DNA from: Podarcis tiliguerta
Lineage: Eukaryota
Direction: 5' to 3' (one strand)
Assembly: GCA_965153285.1 (NCBI GenBank)
Contig: OZ229116.1
Length of the DNA stretch: 64,000 nucleotides
Shown: positions 51,796-64,000 of the stretch, piece by piece
Layout: each line of letters opens with the position of its first letter
Position numbering within the stretch: position 1 is the stretch's first letter
The notes under the pieces: model-generated
What the model was told of the DNA's origin: nothing
What the model saw: the letters and a program-made list of their open reading frames with translations, nothing else
Databases searched by the model: none
Position numbers and translations under genes: made by a program

Positions 51796-52744
51796 GACTT
51801 ACTTGGAGACTAACATGCTGAAGCCCTACTTGGTGTAGTGGCTGGTTATTTGGGTGCTCTTGTACCCCTCAGAGTAGCACAGCTACCTAAATGCTACTTG
51901 GTTTCTAAAAGAAGTTAACTCAACTCTTCCTCTTTCCTTTAAAGATATCACAAATCTAAATTTTCAAGTTTAGAATACCTAACCTGTTGGCAGTTCCACT
52001 TCTGTGTAAATTACATAAAGAGTGCAAGGCTTACCTTGCATGGAAAACAGGAATGAGTGACCCCATTGTTATGGCCTGTTCTGAGGTCCTCCCCCCAAAT
52101 ATGTTATCGTACTTTTGCAAACTTGGGAGTTCCACCAAGCCTAAATATACCTTCCTTGTGTGTGTGAATTGTGCTGTTTGGGGTACATTCTCCCCACTGA
52201 ACTTTGGAAATGATAGCAGTGTTGAATGCTGTCAATAACAAAACGATAAAGGAATATGCTTTCTTTGCCACTGATAATGCCAGAAAAGGCATAGGTCTTA
52301 TTGCACCCAAAGTCTTTTTCCACACATGAAATACAATATTCTTTCAAAAGTAAAGTAATTATCCTCGAATTTTGAAATAGAAATTAGACTTGCAAAAATA
52401 GTTTAAGAACTGTTTACTAGGGATGGAGGAGCAATCTGCTTTAAATGGATTTACACACGGAATTTGGTGGTTCCAACTCAGTTGAGATTTGCCCACATTG
52501 AATTTACTTATGTCTGAGCATCATGATTGGTTTCTGTGTTGGATGAAAAGCCTGACCAATTCAATACAAAATTATATGCAAAAATTGCATGCATTTTACA
52601 TATAATGGAGCCAAGCTCCATGTGCTATATTTTAGCAGTATAAATTTGAAAGTATTAATACAGAAATATTTTTACAGAGGTATCTGGTTACTGTAGGAAA
52701 CATGGAGTGTATACATATATAATTTACTGTATCTATAATACTGT

Positions 52745-53112
52745 GGGACACGGGTGGCGCTGTGGGTAAAACCTCAGTGCCTAGGACTTGCCGATCGTAT
52801 GGTCGGCGGTTCGAATCCCCGTGGCGGGGTGAGCTCCCGTCTTTCGGTCCCAGCTCCTGCCCACCTAGCAGTTCGAAAGCACCCCTAAGTGCAAGTAGAT
52901 AAATAGGTACCGCTTTATAGTGGGACGGTAAACGGCGTTTCCGTGTGCTGCGCTGGTGCTGGCTCGCCAGAGCAGCTTCGTCACGCTGGCCACGTGACCC
53001 GGACGTGTCTCCGGACAGTGCTGGCCCCCGGCCTCTTAAGTGAGATGGGCGCACAACCCTAGAGTCAGATATGACTGGCCCGTATGGGCAGGGGTACCTT
53101 TACCTTTACCTT
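52745..53112 (+). mobile_element. Sauria SINE, full length
   Basis: Head GGGACACGGGTGGCGCTGTGGGTAAAA, B box GGTTCGAATCCC, tail (ACCTTT)n. Perfect 11-bp TSD tataatactgt (52734-52744 / 53113-53123). Confidence 0.94.
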
Positions 53113-53379
53113 TATAATACTGTAAGTATAATGCTGCGTATAATATGTGAGAATTTAGCAGAACTAGTGAAAACAATAACTGATTTTTCATTGAATTTAA
53201 TTAGTGTATCAGGAATTAGAACTTTTTTTTTTTATAGGGTAAGTTTGGCATTTCAGAATAATCCATCCCTACTTTTAACTACCGTGTAGTAACAAATCTG
53301 GTAATGCGAAAATCTCACTGAGCAAAACTTTCAATACAAGGGTTGCACAACATAGTTACACTTTTTCAATTTTAAAGCC

Positions 53380-53511
53380 CAGCCTTCCCCAACCTAGTGC
53401 ATTCTAGATGGACTACAGCTCCCTTCATGCCTGAGCACTGGGCATCCTGGCAGACGCTGATGGGAATTATGGTCCAGCAACATGTGAAGAGCACCAGGTT
53501 GGAGAAGGCTA
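53380..53511. mobile_element. Short palindromic hAT-derived MITE
   Basis: cagccttccccaacct / aggttggagaaggct inverted ends with core ggactacagctccc / gggaattatggtcc. Confidence 0.7.
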
Positions 53512-54624
53512 TTTACAGTTCCTTTCAAGTTTTGTCATTACTTCATCTTCTGCAATTTATTGTGATCTTCTTGATGCTGACAGGGTTCTAGAAGTAAAAA
53601 TGCTTTCAAACTTGAGATTTTTGGGAGGGACAGAGGGAAAGTGATTTCCAGAGATTCGGCAGACTCCCCCCCCCCCCCCTTGGAACCATGTCAGACACAT
53701 ACAGTTATATTTTTCCCTGGGATAGCTCAAGGTGATAGTCTAAGATAACCATCTTCAGGGCAAATGCTAACTGAACACATGCCAAACCCCAGTACAGTTC
53801 TGTTTAAAACGATACACCATCAGTGTCTTGATTAAATTGACACACGCTGTGGCTTCAGTTCAGGGATCTTGGAGTTGCGAGGGAGAAACCTTGCCAAACG
53901 TCCGATGTGAAAAGCCCTTGGTGAAGAAAACTGTTGCTCAATTGTTGTACCCTAGTAAAACGAAAATGCACCCTGAAAAACCTGTAATCCAAAACTTGAG
54001 AACGTTGTAATGTTCTGGGGGGAAATCTGATAGCTCCTGACACTGACCAGCCGAATGAGCATTTGTATTTGAATAATAATAGTAACACAGTGGCAATTGA
54101 AAGAAATGACAAATGTAAACTTGTTCTATTCTTCAGTCAAATTTCAGAGAATATGATAATTAAGCTTTTAGTTATTTGAGTTTAGCTTCCACTGACATAA
54201 CATCATGCTTCTTAAAGCAGTTACTTATTTCCCCATAGAGTGCTCTGTGCCTGATGTTGACTTTTCAGATGAAATTTAAATCTAACTCGTTGGTGAAGTA
54301 TTAACACCTACAATTTTGTTCTTTGCTATATATTATTGCTTAGAGCCAGAATTTAAAAGTATTAAATCAGGAGACCTCTCCTAAGTTTTTACTTGCTTTT
54401 AATCCTTTTACATATAGCAGTTCTGGAGTTGTGCTCTGTTAACAAAAAGCCCTGTATACAATGCCACTGACTTAGATTGTGTGTGCCCCAATGTACAAAA
54501 GAGAGTAGACTAGCCTGCATGCATGTGCAGGTGCAGAACAATTCTCATTGTCCCTTCATTGAAAACTAATGGGGGAAACATAGCAAATGGGGGGAGTTCT
54601 TATGCCAGCAAATATTTTACAGAG

Positions 54625-54735
54625 GGCTAGCCAAGTAGGTCTGTTACAACAGAAAAGAAGGTATCTTGTGGCACCTTAAAGAATACCAAATTTATTGTGG
54701 TATAAGATTTTATGGCCTGGAGGCCACCTCATCAG
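54625..54735 (-). mobile_element. Penelope-like terminal fragment, degenerate
   Basis: ggctagcc...gtctgtt...tcttgtggcaccttaaaga...aatttattgtggtataag, similar to the reverse complement of reptile Penelope ends. Confidence 0.55.
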
Positions 54736-55437
54736 TTTAGTCTCCTGCCAAGTAATGCCCAGTATTGCAAAGGCTCGCAGCCATTTCATGTTCTACTAAG
54801 GCTTGTAGACAAAATACAGAAAACATCATTCTGTATAGGTGAATTGTGCTGCATGGTTCTCTCTGAGGACTATATGTTTAGAGAGAAGCAGAGAAAATAC
54901 TTCTTTCATTGCTTTTTTTGTAATAGAAGTGAAAAAGACCTTAGAGGGCTAGTTCAGATGCTCACTTCCTAGCTTGCTAAAACATAGTTTAGCAGATGGG
55001 AATGAGCATCAAGGCTGTGTGTTTACTCCTCACCTGTCCCCTTTTCATCTCTCTTCCTCAGCACTTAAATCCAGGTTTAATTAAGCCATGGTTCGTGTTA
55101 TGTCCAAAATAGCAAACTGCTCCTTAGGGAAACCCACATAATTTACACCATATAAAGTTAAAACAGCATAAAGTATGTCAGTTCCAAACTCAGCCTAAGC
55201 CTGGAAAAGGGGAAACAAACAGTTTGCCTTACACTACTCTTTTTGCTGGCATGGGTTGCACCAGGTCATACGACCAAGTTGAATGGAGTTGGGATCCAGC
55301 ATAAGTCCCCATTGCCAAGTACTACCTTCACCACTTCACCAGTACACCCATTTTTCAGGGTGAAAGAGGAGCATGTGTCCAGAAGAAAGATGGAGAGTAA
55401 GATAATGAGAAGTCCAGAGAGAAACTCCAGGTTAGAG

Positions 55438-55560
55438 CAGGGCTTTAACTCTCCATATGTTGCTGGACAACAACTCCCTTAAGCCTTTGCTCACCACAGC
55501 CAGTGCTCAGGAATGATGGAAGTTGTAGTCTATCAACATGTGGAGAGCAAAAGGTTAGGA
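55438..55560. mobile_element. Short palindromic hAT-derived MITE
   Basis: catatgttgctggacaacaactccc ... ggaagttgtagtctatcaacatgtg core; same family. Confidence 0.6.
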
Positions 55561-57844
55561 TGAGAAGCCCAGTTCATACACAGGTATCGGCAGCTGTGAC
55601 CATTGCCTTCTCTCTTGTGCCTTCCATCTTAGAGAAGATACCTTCCCAGTGGTATCTATTTAAGTGATTTCTCTCTCATGGAGGAAGGGGAAACGATAAA
55701 TTTGCACATGGGACATCTAGACCCATGGCAATTTAAATGCATTGGAATGTACCAGCCAAAATGTTCATTCCTCTTACTATATTTTCAGTTCCAGTAATTC
55801 TTGCTAGGTCTCCCTAATAGTCATTTCTGCTGGAAAATCAAAGCATTTAGCCCATGGAAGATACAAAGAGATCAACCATTCATTCACTCTCTAAGGGCGG
55901 GAGGGAAATACCATTGTAGCTCCAGAGGTGTAAACTGAATCATCTGTATGCAAACAAGCCATCATGAAGAAAACCAGAACCCATCTACCACTTGAGACCA
56001 ACCATCAGTGAAAAGAGAATACTTCAGAGTGCGATAACACCATTTTGAAATCAGGTGGTTTTAATTACAAGTGATCAAAGAAGGACATAAAATAATAAGA
56101 AAGGAATCAAACCCACATGGATCTTTTATTTAAACTTGCCAAATGGTGGATCTGCACTTGCTTTCTTGTTGGGTGAACCTTGGCAGGTGGATTGACAGGC
56201 TGTGAGCAGTGAGTTGCAGCATTAGGAACTTTGACCACTATTTACATGAAAGTAAAGTCAGTTGAAATCAGTGTAGCTTAACTTTCAAATAGTTGTGAGG
56301 AAAGGTGGATTAAGATGAAAAGCAGCCATATGGTGGCTACTATAAATCCAGCCATACAGAGATAATCTCTTTGCTGAAGGAAACAAGCCCTTCAAGCAGT
56401 TCTTAAAAGGCTTCTCATATGAGTGGTGCCAGGAAGGAAGGGAATTTGGCAATTTGTAGATATGAATCTACAATGGAAGCAAAGATAATCGATCTCTGTG
56501 TTCTGCAACTTATGTGAGGATTTATTTTCAAATAAATATTTGATTTCATTTGTATTTTAAAAGTTTGTAAAACTGGTTAGGTTTCTTCTAAATCATGCAG
56601 TTTATTCCACTGCAGAAGGCAAATAAGGTGGATTTTGTAATGTAGCACCACTGCTTGTTTGTTTTACTCTTGACACTGGAAACTGAAACGCCACTGGTAG
56701 TTTTTGAATTTAAAAGGCTTGTTAATTTACATTGATTTTTAAGTTGGTTATAGATTCTTAGTTGAAAAATATAGTACACACTACCAACTGCTCTATCACC
56801 TGACAGCAATTGATAAAGCATCTGTGCAGAAAGTGTCAGAAAAAGGTTAATATTTATTGATTTTTATGGTGCTACAACCAATGTAGTTTTGCCATCAAAG
56901 ATGTATGGCCACCAGCAATGGAATCTGTAAAATTGCAGGTTTCATGTTAGTTTTTACTATAACTTATCCTTGTGTTTTGGCCTTTAAAATGACAGATCTT
57001 TAATGTAGAACAAAATGCTGTGAATGTGCAGCAACTGTGTACCTGAACCAGAATTTAGTATTCCAAAATGAGATGTTCTAAAAGCCTCAAAGGAGGGGGG
57101 ACCACTACAACCTTGCATTGCAAATGACAATCACATTTAGCCTTTTCATCCACTTAACTATGTGCTATTGATCTGTAGCAGGTGCCAAGCAAGTGATAGC
57201 TTAAATTATTACCGATAAAGGGCTTGCTTCTTCTTAAAACAATAAAGAGTATATAATTAGAAGGAGCATGGGCAGGTAGTGCATACCAGTCCTCAAAAAA
57301 ATCTGGCTGCTTTGAAGTGCAATGCCTGGCTCTCTCATGGTGGCTTAAGTGTAAGAGGTTTGTGGAAGAATGGGAATATGCTTTCATTTATTTTATCTCA
57401 GTATGTTTTAGTTGGAACAAAAAAATTCCAGCTGTTTAATCACCATCTCTAATATACACCAAAACCTTTGGAATACATTTTCCCCTTAGATGCAGCTGCA
57501 TTTTCACATCTCCTGTCCCCAGCCCACCAACCCCTGTCTAACCCTTTTTATACAGATGGATCTCTTGCTGGCACATGGGGTCACTGAATTGGGCTATAAC
57601 TCCATGAGGATCATGCAGGAGCAAAGACTTTGGGAAAGTGGGCATCTCCCAATCTGCTTTTTGTTCATTCCTGATTAAAACAGTCATGTCACCTTTAGCT
57701 CCTATTTTCTTCCTTCTACTCAGGCTAGTTTTTACCTTAAAACCAATATATTTCTCCAGACCACATCAGGGCACCAATTTGGATCTCAAACTGCCCCAAA
57801 GGGCAACCAACTACCGTCTCCACAATTGCTTATCTTGTCCAGTA

Positions 57845-58660
57845 GAATGCAGACTGAATCCTTCAGTGCTTAGATGTGACTATGGAGCTTTGGATTCTTA
57901 ATACCTTGCCTCAAGGGGGGGGGGGGAATCTGATCTCCTGTGCACCCACTCAGTATCTTCTATCACTGGTGTCCACCAACACGTCCAAGAGACGAGTTAT
58001 CTGGGATTGTGCGCAACACTTGCTGAACATGTCACCCATAGAATGAGTACCACCCAAAGAGCACTATACGGGCATCTACTCAATATTCTTTGTGGTATCC
58101 AAGAAGGATCAATGATCATGGCGAGCAGTAGTGGACTTGAAATTCCTCAGCATGTGGGTAATCTACAAGTGCTTCAGGATGGAATTGCTCCAGTTCATCA
58201 GGGAAGCACTTCACCATGACTTTCTGACATAAGTCAATCTCCCAGATGCATACTTACGCATATCAATCCACCCCTCACACTGCAAGTTCCTCACGTTCTC
58301 TCTAGGACACCACCATTTCCAGTACAAGACTCTCCCATATTGCCTCACCTCAGCACTTTGCATTTTCAGCAAGATCACAGTAGCACCAGTGGCCCACCTC
58401 TGCCTCCAGGGCACATGTAGCAACCTTTACTTAATTGACGTCCTTCTACGGTCTCCAACACAGGAAGAAGCAGACCACCACCTGATCATTACTATGGCAG
58501 CCTTGGAGGACAATTATTTCATCATCAACTAACAGAAAAGGCATCTAATTCCGACACACCAGCTGATTCATCTTGACACCCTTATAGACACCACACAAGA
58601 ATGATCTCTTTTTTCCCAGATTGCAGACACATGCATACATAGAAATCCGCCCATCTCCAC
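57845..58660 (+). mobile_element. Decayed DIRS-type retrotransposon reverse transcriptase fragment
   Basis: One frame from about 58020 with in-frame stops: LLNMSPIE*VPPKEHYTGIYSIFFVVSKKDQ*SWRAVVDLKFL...FRMELLQ...VNLPDAYLRISIHPSHCKFLTF...FQYKTLPYCLTSALCIFSKI...VAHLCLQG...LYLIDVLL...IN*QKRHLIPTHQLIHLDTLIDT. This matches DIRS RT motifs (GFYS.LF.VPKK, DL.DAY, LPFGLSSAPRVFTK, YLDD decayed to YLID). Confidence 0.85.
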
Positions 58661-61600
58661 GTTCTTCCCAATCCATTTCAATGGAATGGGAAGCCATTTT
58701 TTTCACAGATCTGATTCCTCCATTGAAGTGAATGGGAAACCCATGCACAGGAGGAATTTGTTTTTCCTGGGGCACTCACTGAGCACTTTAGCACACCAAT
58801 TATGTTTATAAACTGTGATTCCACTGCCTATATCTGGACGAATAGACATTGTGCACTTAATCCCATTGATCTCGCCTCTATCATGGCTGGTTTGGGCCAT
58901 AAATACAAGAAACATTTGTGAAATGTATATCCTAAAATAGTATTATTATTTTTCCAACCTTTTTGTGTGATCTGGTTCCTCTCTTCATTACTTTTGAAAA
59001 GGTTCACTGGCAAAGTCAGAGCAGGTTTGAGTTTCAACAGCCTCTAATGATTATAGTGATGGGAAGAAACACTTTCCCTGTAGTCTGACCTGTAGAATAA
59101 ATGGTAGTGTATCCTGTAAACATGCTTTAGATCTCCTTTTGTCTGTATCACATTTTTTTCTATTGAGTGTTATACTGTCTACTCTTCTCTCCCCCCGCCC
59201 CCGACAGCTTACCCATTTTATTGTGCTCATTTAGAGGGAAGAAAAACAGTTTGTCTCCCTGAAAGGTAAAGAACATTGACTGGAAAACTACTTTTAGAGC
59301 TAAAATACCATTATAATACACGGCAACTAAAGTTCTCCAATTGAATGCTGCAAAAGCCACTAACAGTATGAAATATTCTCTGAGAAGAGAGAGGGCCTTC
59401 TTTCCTCTTCCTCCCCTAAACTTTCTACCCTAGAGCCTTTTGTGAAATTTTAATGTAGAGTATTGCACGTAATAATGTATTTAATTTCAGTAAGTCAGAT
59501 AAGAACCAGTGCTCTTATAACTCCACCTTTTGATTGTAATGACTCTCTCATTAATCTAACATACTCCAGTTTTATTGCACTTCATTAACCCCCTCCCTTC
59601 TAACTTTAAAATCACTTTAAAATCATAACTTGGAAAATGGGGCGTCCTTAGCCACAGTAGCACATCTGGGCTATTTTGACATGTTTTCATTCCTTGTTTA
59701 ATTCTGTTCTTTTTGATTTTTCAAACCACCAGTTGCCCAAACCCTGATATGCTTTATGGTGGCCATAACTAATTTCAGTCTTGCAGTTCTGGATGGCAGC
59801 TTAGTGACAGAAGGTTTTTCAAACACGTTATTTAATTTTAAAAAATTAACTAGAGCTGGCTATAAACCATTAATTATGGTTGCTAACCCCCACCCCTCCA
59901 AATTGGCTATTACTTTAGGTAATGGCTGATATGTTACACTTTCAACCAATTTCAGCAAATAATGTTGCAGGAAGTGTTTTTTAATTCATTACGCAATTCA
60001 ACTTTAGTGCCAGCCATATACAACAAACCCTGTGTAGTTGTTTGAGATTACACAGACCTTAAAATGTTTCATTGTCTGAATTGGAAATCTGCTTCAAAGA
60101 ATAAAACTAATTGATTTCTAACTTGTTATCGTTCTGAAACTTGTGGTCTGATTCTAAGAATTGTTGTGCCAACAAATAAAAGATTGTAGTGGGAAGCCTC
60201 AGCAGCAGCATGAAATTGCAAAAGTAGACTTTGTTGGTTTTGTATGCATGTTTTCCTGTGAAAATTCAAATAGGAGATTAATTAAGCATTCCTGGATTTT
60301 CTGTGGGTTCTTGCAATATCCATATTAAAAAATAATCTTGTCATCTGAGTCTGGACTTGTGATTTGTTTCCTTTAAACAAAGCCCAAGCAGTAAGGCACT
60401 TCTATCCTTCCTTATCAGGAAAATATCCAGTTATCCTGAAACAACCTGGGTTCAAACAAATTCATTAGATAGTGATATGGCATTTGTTAGCGTTTAAATA
60501 CTTCGCAAACATCAGTTGATTCAGGTTAGATTTTGAAGCATATAGAGTTCTCCATAAAAGTGCAGGAGAAGCAGTAGTTTAACAAGAGTAAGATTTTCAT
60601 CATGTTTGTTCTTTGGGCTCCTTTGAGTTATGTTTTGCACATATTGCATTCAGTTCATCACCTTCTAAGCCACGCCAAATTAAGCATAACAGAGGCCTGT
60701 AATTTTTACCAAAAGAATCTTTAAAAAGATCTGCCAGCACAAATTGCTCACTATTAATTTAGCTAAGCACTTTAGAACTATTATCAAAAATATATAGCTC
60801 CTCTGCATTTCACATCTTTATATTTATGTAATGCATAACTGTGACTATATATTTTGCATTGATAATTAACAGCAAAATTATTATGCCCATACATTTTAAA
60901 CACACCTTCTTCAGATAAAACTATAAACTGAAAATCACTGGAAATGGTGACATTAAATCTGATTTACCCTTAAGGTTTTCATTTTAAATCAATAATATAG
61001 TGAGCAAGTATAATAACAGCTAGACAACTTTCACCAAATTAATATATTGAAAAAGAGTCACGGCTGAAGTATGTGGGAGGGAGCAAGACTTATGTTTTGG
61101 TTTTATTACCAGGTTCTTTCTAATCTGCTATAGGAAAACAAGCCAGATAATACTGAAAACTAGTACTGGCTTCATGCAGTATTCAGCTCAGCAGTGTCAC
61201 CTCAAGCAAGCCCTTCCGTAGGTAAAATGCCAGACAGGCAACCAACAAAGAAAAATTATCTATCTCAATATTAGTTTGGTGTGCTGTTCAACTTAGATTT
61301 TATCCCAGCTACATATATAACTAATTCTAAATAAATTTCATAGTGGCTCAAAGCAAGGATGGGCAACATAAGGCTGTTAAGCCTCATCTGTGCACCAAGT
61401 CTTACTTTGTCATAGGAAAGTTCTTTCTCTCTCCCCCCCCCCCCCCAATGATGTATTTGCTATAGACTAGAAGCACAAGGTTACGGGAGCCTGGAAAAAA
61501 GTTTGATCCAGTAAATGAGACCTGTGTTGCTTCTTCTTGTCCTGTAGTGATAACATTGTTAAATGTGAAATGGTGCAATTAATCCATAGAAAATTTGTGG

Positions 61601-62544
61601 TATCTAATGGTGACTTTCCTGGCAGTAGGGATTTTCTATGATCTCTCTGTGATTTGGTCATCTCCTCCCCCCAATGCAGCACCCTACATTCTCTTTAAAT
61701 CTGCTCTGTAGGAATGGGGAAGATTTAGGGAGGCATGGGGTGCTGCAGTGGAAAGGGAGATAAGCAAGACTTGCCTCCATCCCTGTTCCACTCCCTTCCT
61801 TCCATTGGCTTTTAACATTGAATATCATCCCTTATATTTAAGGATAGTTGCATTGGATCAAACTTAATGGTATCACAAAGTCCTGTTTAGCAACTGTAAA
61901 TCTGCTGCAAGAAATGTACCAACCTCAGCATTTAACTTTCAATGTGTGTGACAGAAACACCTGTACAACTCTTTTTTTTTTTCTTTGTTTGGTCAAAGCA
62001 AAGCTATTTATGGACTATGTGACTGCTTAAAATACACACAGAAAGTTTATTTGGCCTTCATAATGTAACATATGTTGTCTTCTATTTTTTTAACAAAACA
62101 CCTTTTTAAATGGTGTGAAGGAAAATAAAGTAGCATCTTTAAAATAAATTAAACTGCAATAGAGGGGAACCCTGACATGGATTCTGCCAGCTTAATTCCT
62201 TCAGGTAAAACAACGATGGAATTATTTAATAAATAATAGTTAACTGGTAATCAACATGTCATAATCAGCAATTCTGTCCCCAGCCCCAGCAATATTTTCT
62301 GTTCACTTTCTGTTAAAGGGCAAACAAAAAATGTGTTGGTGGTAGTTTTTTGCAGGACTTAACATTGTAAGGGAAACTCTAAAGTTCTGATCAAAACAAA
62401 TCACACAAACTCAATACAATATACTATTTTATAGTACAGGCATACATAATTTTATTTGTATGCTGCTTCCCTCAGTTCAAACCATCCTCAAGGTGGTTTA
62501 CAACATGAACAAATTCATAACTACTGTACAACATAACTAAAATA

Positions 62545-62770
62545 CAGTGGTACCTCGGGTTACATACGCTTCAGGTTACAGACTCCTCTAACCCAGAAAT
62601 ATTACCGCGGGTTAAGAACTTTGCTTCAGGATGAGATCAGAAATCGTGCAGCAGCAGCACAGTGGCAGCAGGAGGCCCCACTAGCTAAAGTGGTGCTTCA
62701 GGTTAAGAACAGTTTCAGGTTAAGAACAGACCTCTGGAACAAATTAAGTACGTAACCAGAGGTACCACTG
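62545..62770. mobile_element. Tc1/mariner MITE, same family as 39776-40013, opposite orientation
   Basis: Same TIRs with TA on both sides; its 3' half is the reverse complement of the 5' half of the 39776 copy. Confidence 0.9.
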
Positions 62771-63265
62771 TAGTCAGATGTTTGGGGTATAAATAATAAA
62801 ATTATTATTTATTATAAACAATTAAAAAAGACACAAACCAAACAATGACATATTGCAGTGAGGCAAAAGCACCTGAGAGTGTGAAGTAGAGCCAGTATGG
62901 AGGTGTGGCTTTTGTAGAGTCCTGAGACCAGGATATAGAGGCCTGAAGGACCCCATTCAGTCTCTGGTCCATTCCTGAATCCTGGCCTATAGCAATTGTC
63001 TGTCATTCCACAAGGTGGTGGAAGGGAGGTGGTTCACTTGCAAGCATCCCAGGGTGCGTACATGATTCCCAAAATCATGCCTTTAAAAATCTGATAAACT
63101 CCTCCAGATCTCACAAACAAACACCATGGAAACCTCTGTTTTCTATAAATGCCCTGCAGCCTTGTCACAAGATCACTGAGTAGATTTTGCCCTAGCCTTT
63201 ACTTTTCTTCATATGTACTGTATATGCAGATTTATTTAAGACTTGAACCAAGTCTCTGCAGCACC

Positions 63266-63419
63266 CAGTGCTTTTTTTTCCTAAAAAAATGTTTAGGGAT
63301 TCTAAATGTTTAGGGATACTCTCATTTTCCTACTCATATTCCTCAATGAGGCCAAACTTAGATTCACAAAATGTTTAGGGGTATGTGTCCCCCTGTGTCT
63401 CCCCAGAAAAAACGCAATT
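63266..63419. mobile_element. Short hAT-like MITE
   Basis: Ends cagtgctttttttt / aaaaaacgcaatt (degenerate). 8-bp TSD gcagcacc (63258-63265) / gcaacacc (63420-63427). Internal aaatgtttaggg motif three times. Confidence 0.7.
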
Positions 63420-64000
63420 GCAACACCAATATGTGCATTAATTTAGCATCCATAGATGTTAAGTAGGTTGGCATTGTATAAATGTAAATGTGTGGGGGAA
63501 AGCACAGAAAAGTACTATCTATTTAACAACCATGTTTTTATGTGCCGTTTCATACATCCAGCCAGCTTACGATCCTGGTAGTTTGGTGTTGATGTTAAGA
63601 CTCCTGTCAGCAATGTTGACACGAATTAGCACCATGGCATCAATCCATTGGATTAGTTGATTTAAAATCATTTCATAAACTAAAACGATTCCCCCAAATA
63701 ATTGGGGAACAGAGTTTTGATCAGTTATTTTAAATATAGGTACTTAACAGAAATGCAAGTGGTCAGGATTATTTTACAGGTACTTCCTCAAACACCGCAT
63801 AGTTAAAGTATGAAATTTGCTACCACAAGATACCACCATGTCCACAGGATAGCTTAACAAGTGGTTAAAGCTCACAGGGATTATAAAATCTCATGGAGGA
63901 TAAGACTAACAATGACCGGTAGTCATTATAGCTATATGAGCTATGTGCTCTGAATACCAGCTGCCGGGGAGCATGAGTGGAAGATAGCTGTTTCTGTCAT

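Noticed and set aside
52632-53054. 140-aa antisense ORF (and 2023-2232)
   Set aside because: Antisense translation of a Sauria SINE.

Overview
This is vertebrate nuclear DNA from a squamate, most likely a lacertid lizard, judging by the Sauria SINEs with (ACCTTT)n tails, a Squam3-type SINE and lizard-type L2, CR1 and Penelope ends. The whole window lies inside the + strand gene ZNF407. Four internal coding exons (5199-5365, 10455-10538, 22380-22500, 44962-45140; 167/84/121/179 bp) have canonical AG/GT sites and splice in frame into a run of C2H2 zinc fingers. The rest is intron. It holds many transposon relics: SINEs, CR1, L2, an RTE-X-like LINE end, a decayed DIRS reverse transcriptase, solo LTRs (one nested in a Penelope fragment), and hAT, Tc1/mariner and Harbinger-like MITEs. 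It also holds microsatellites, five N-runs and long repeat-free stretches that may be conserved enhancers. Nearly all long ORFs in the supplied track are spurious or made of Ns. I found no convincing new protein-coding system. The best leads are three inverted TE pairs that bracket the exons (possible back-splicing or editing), N-runs that look like masking rather than assembly gaps, and nested TE structures with intact target-site duplications (TSDs).
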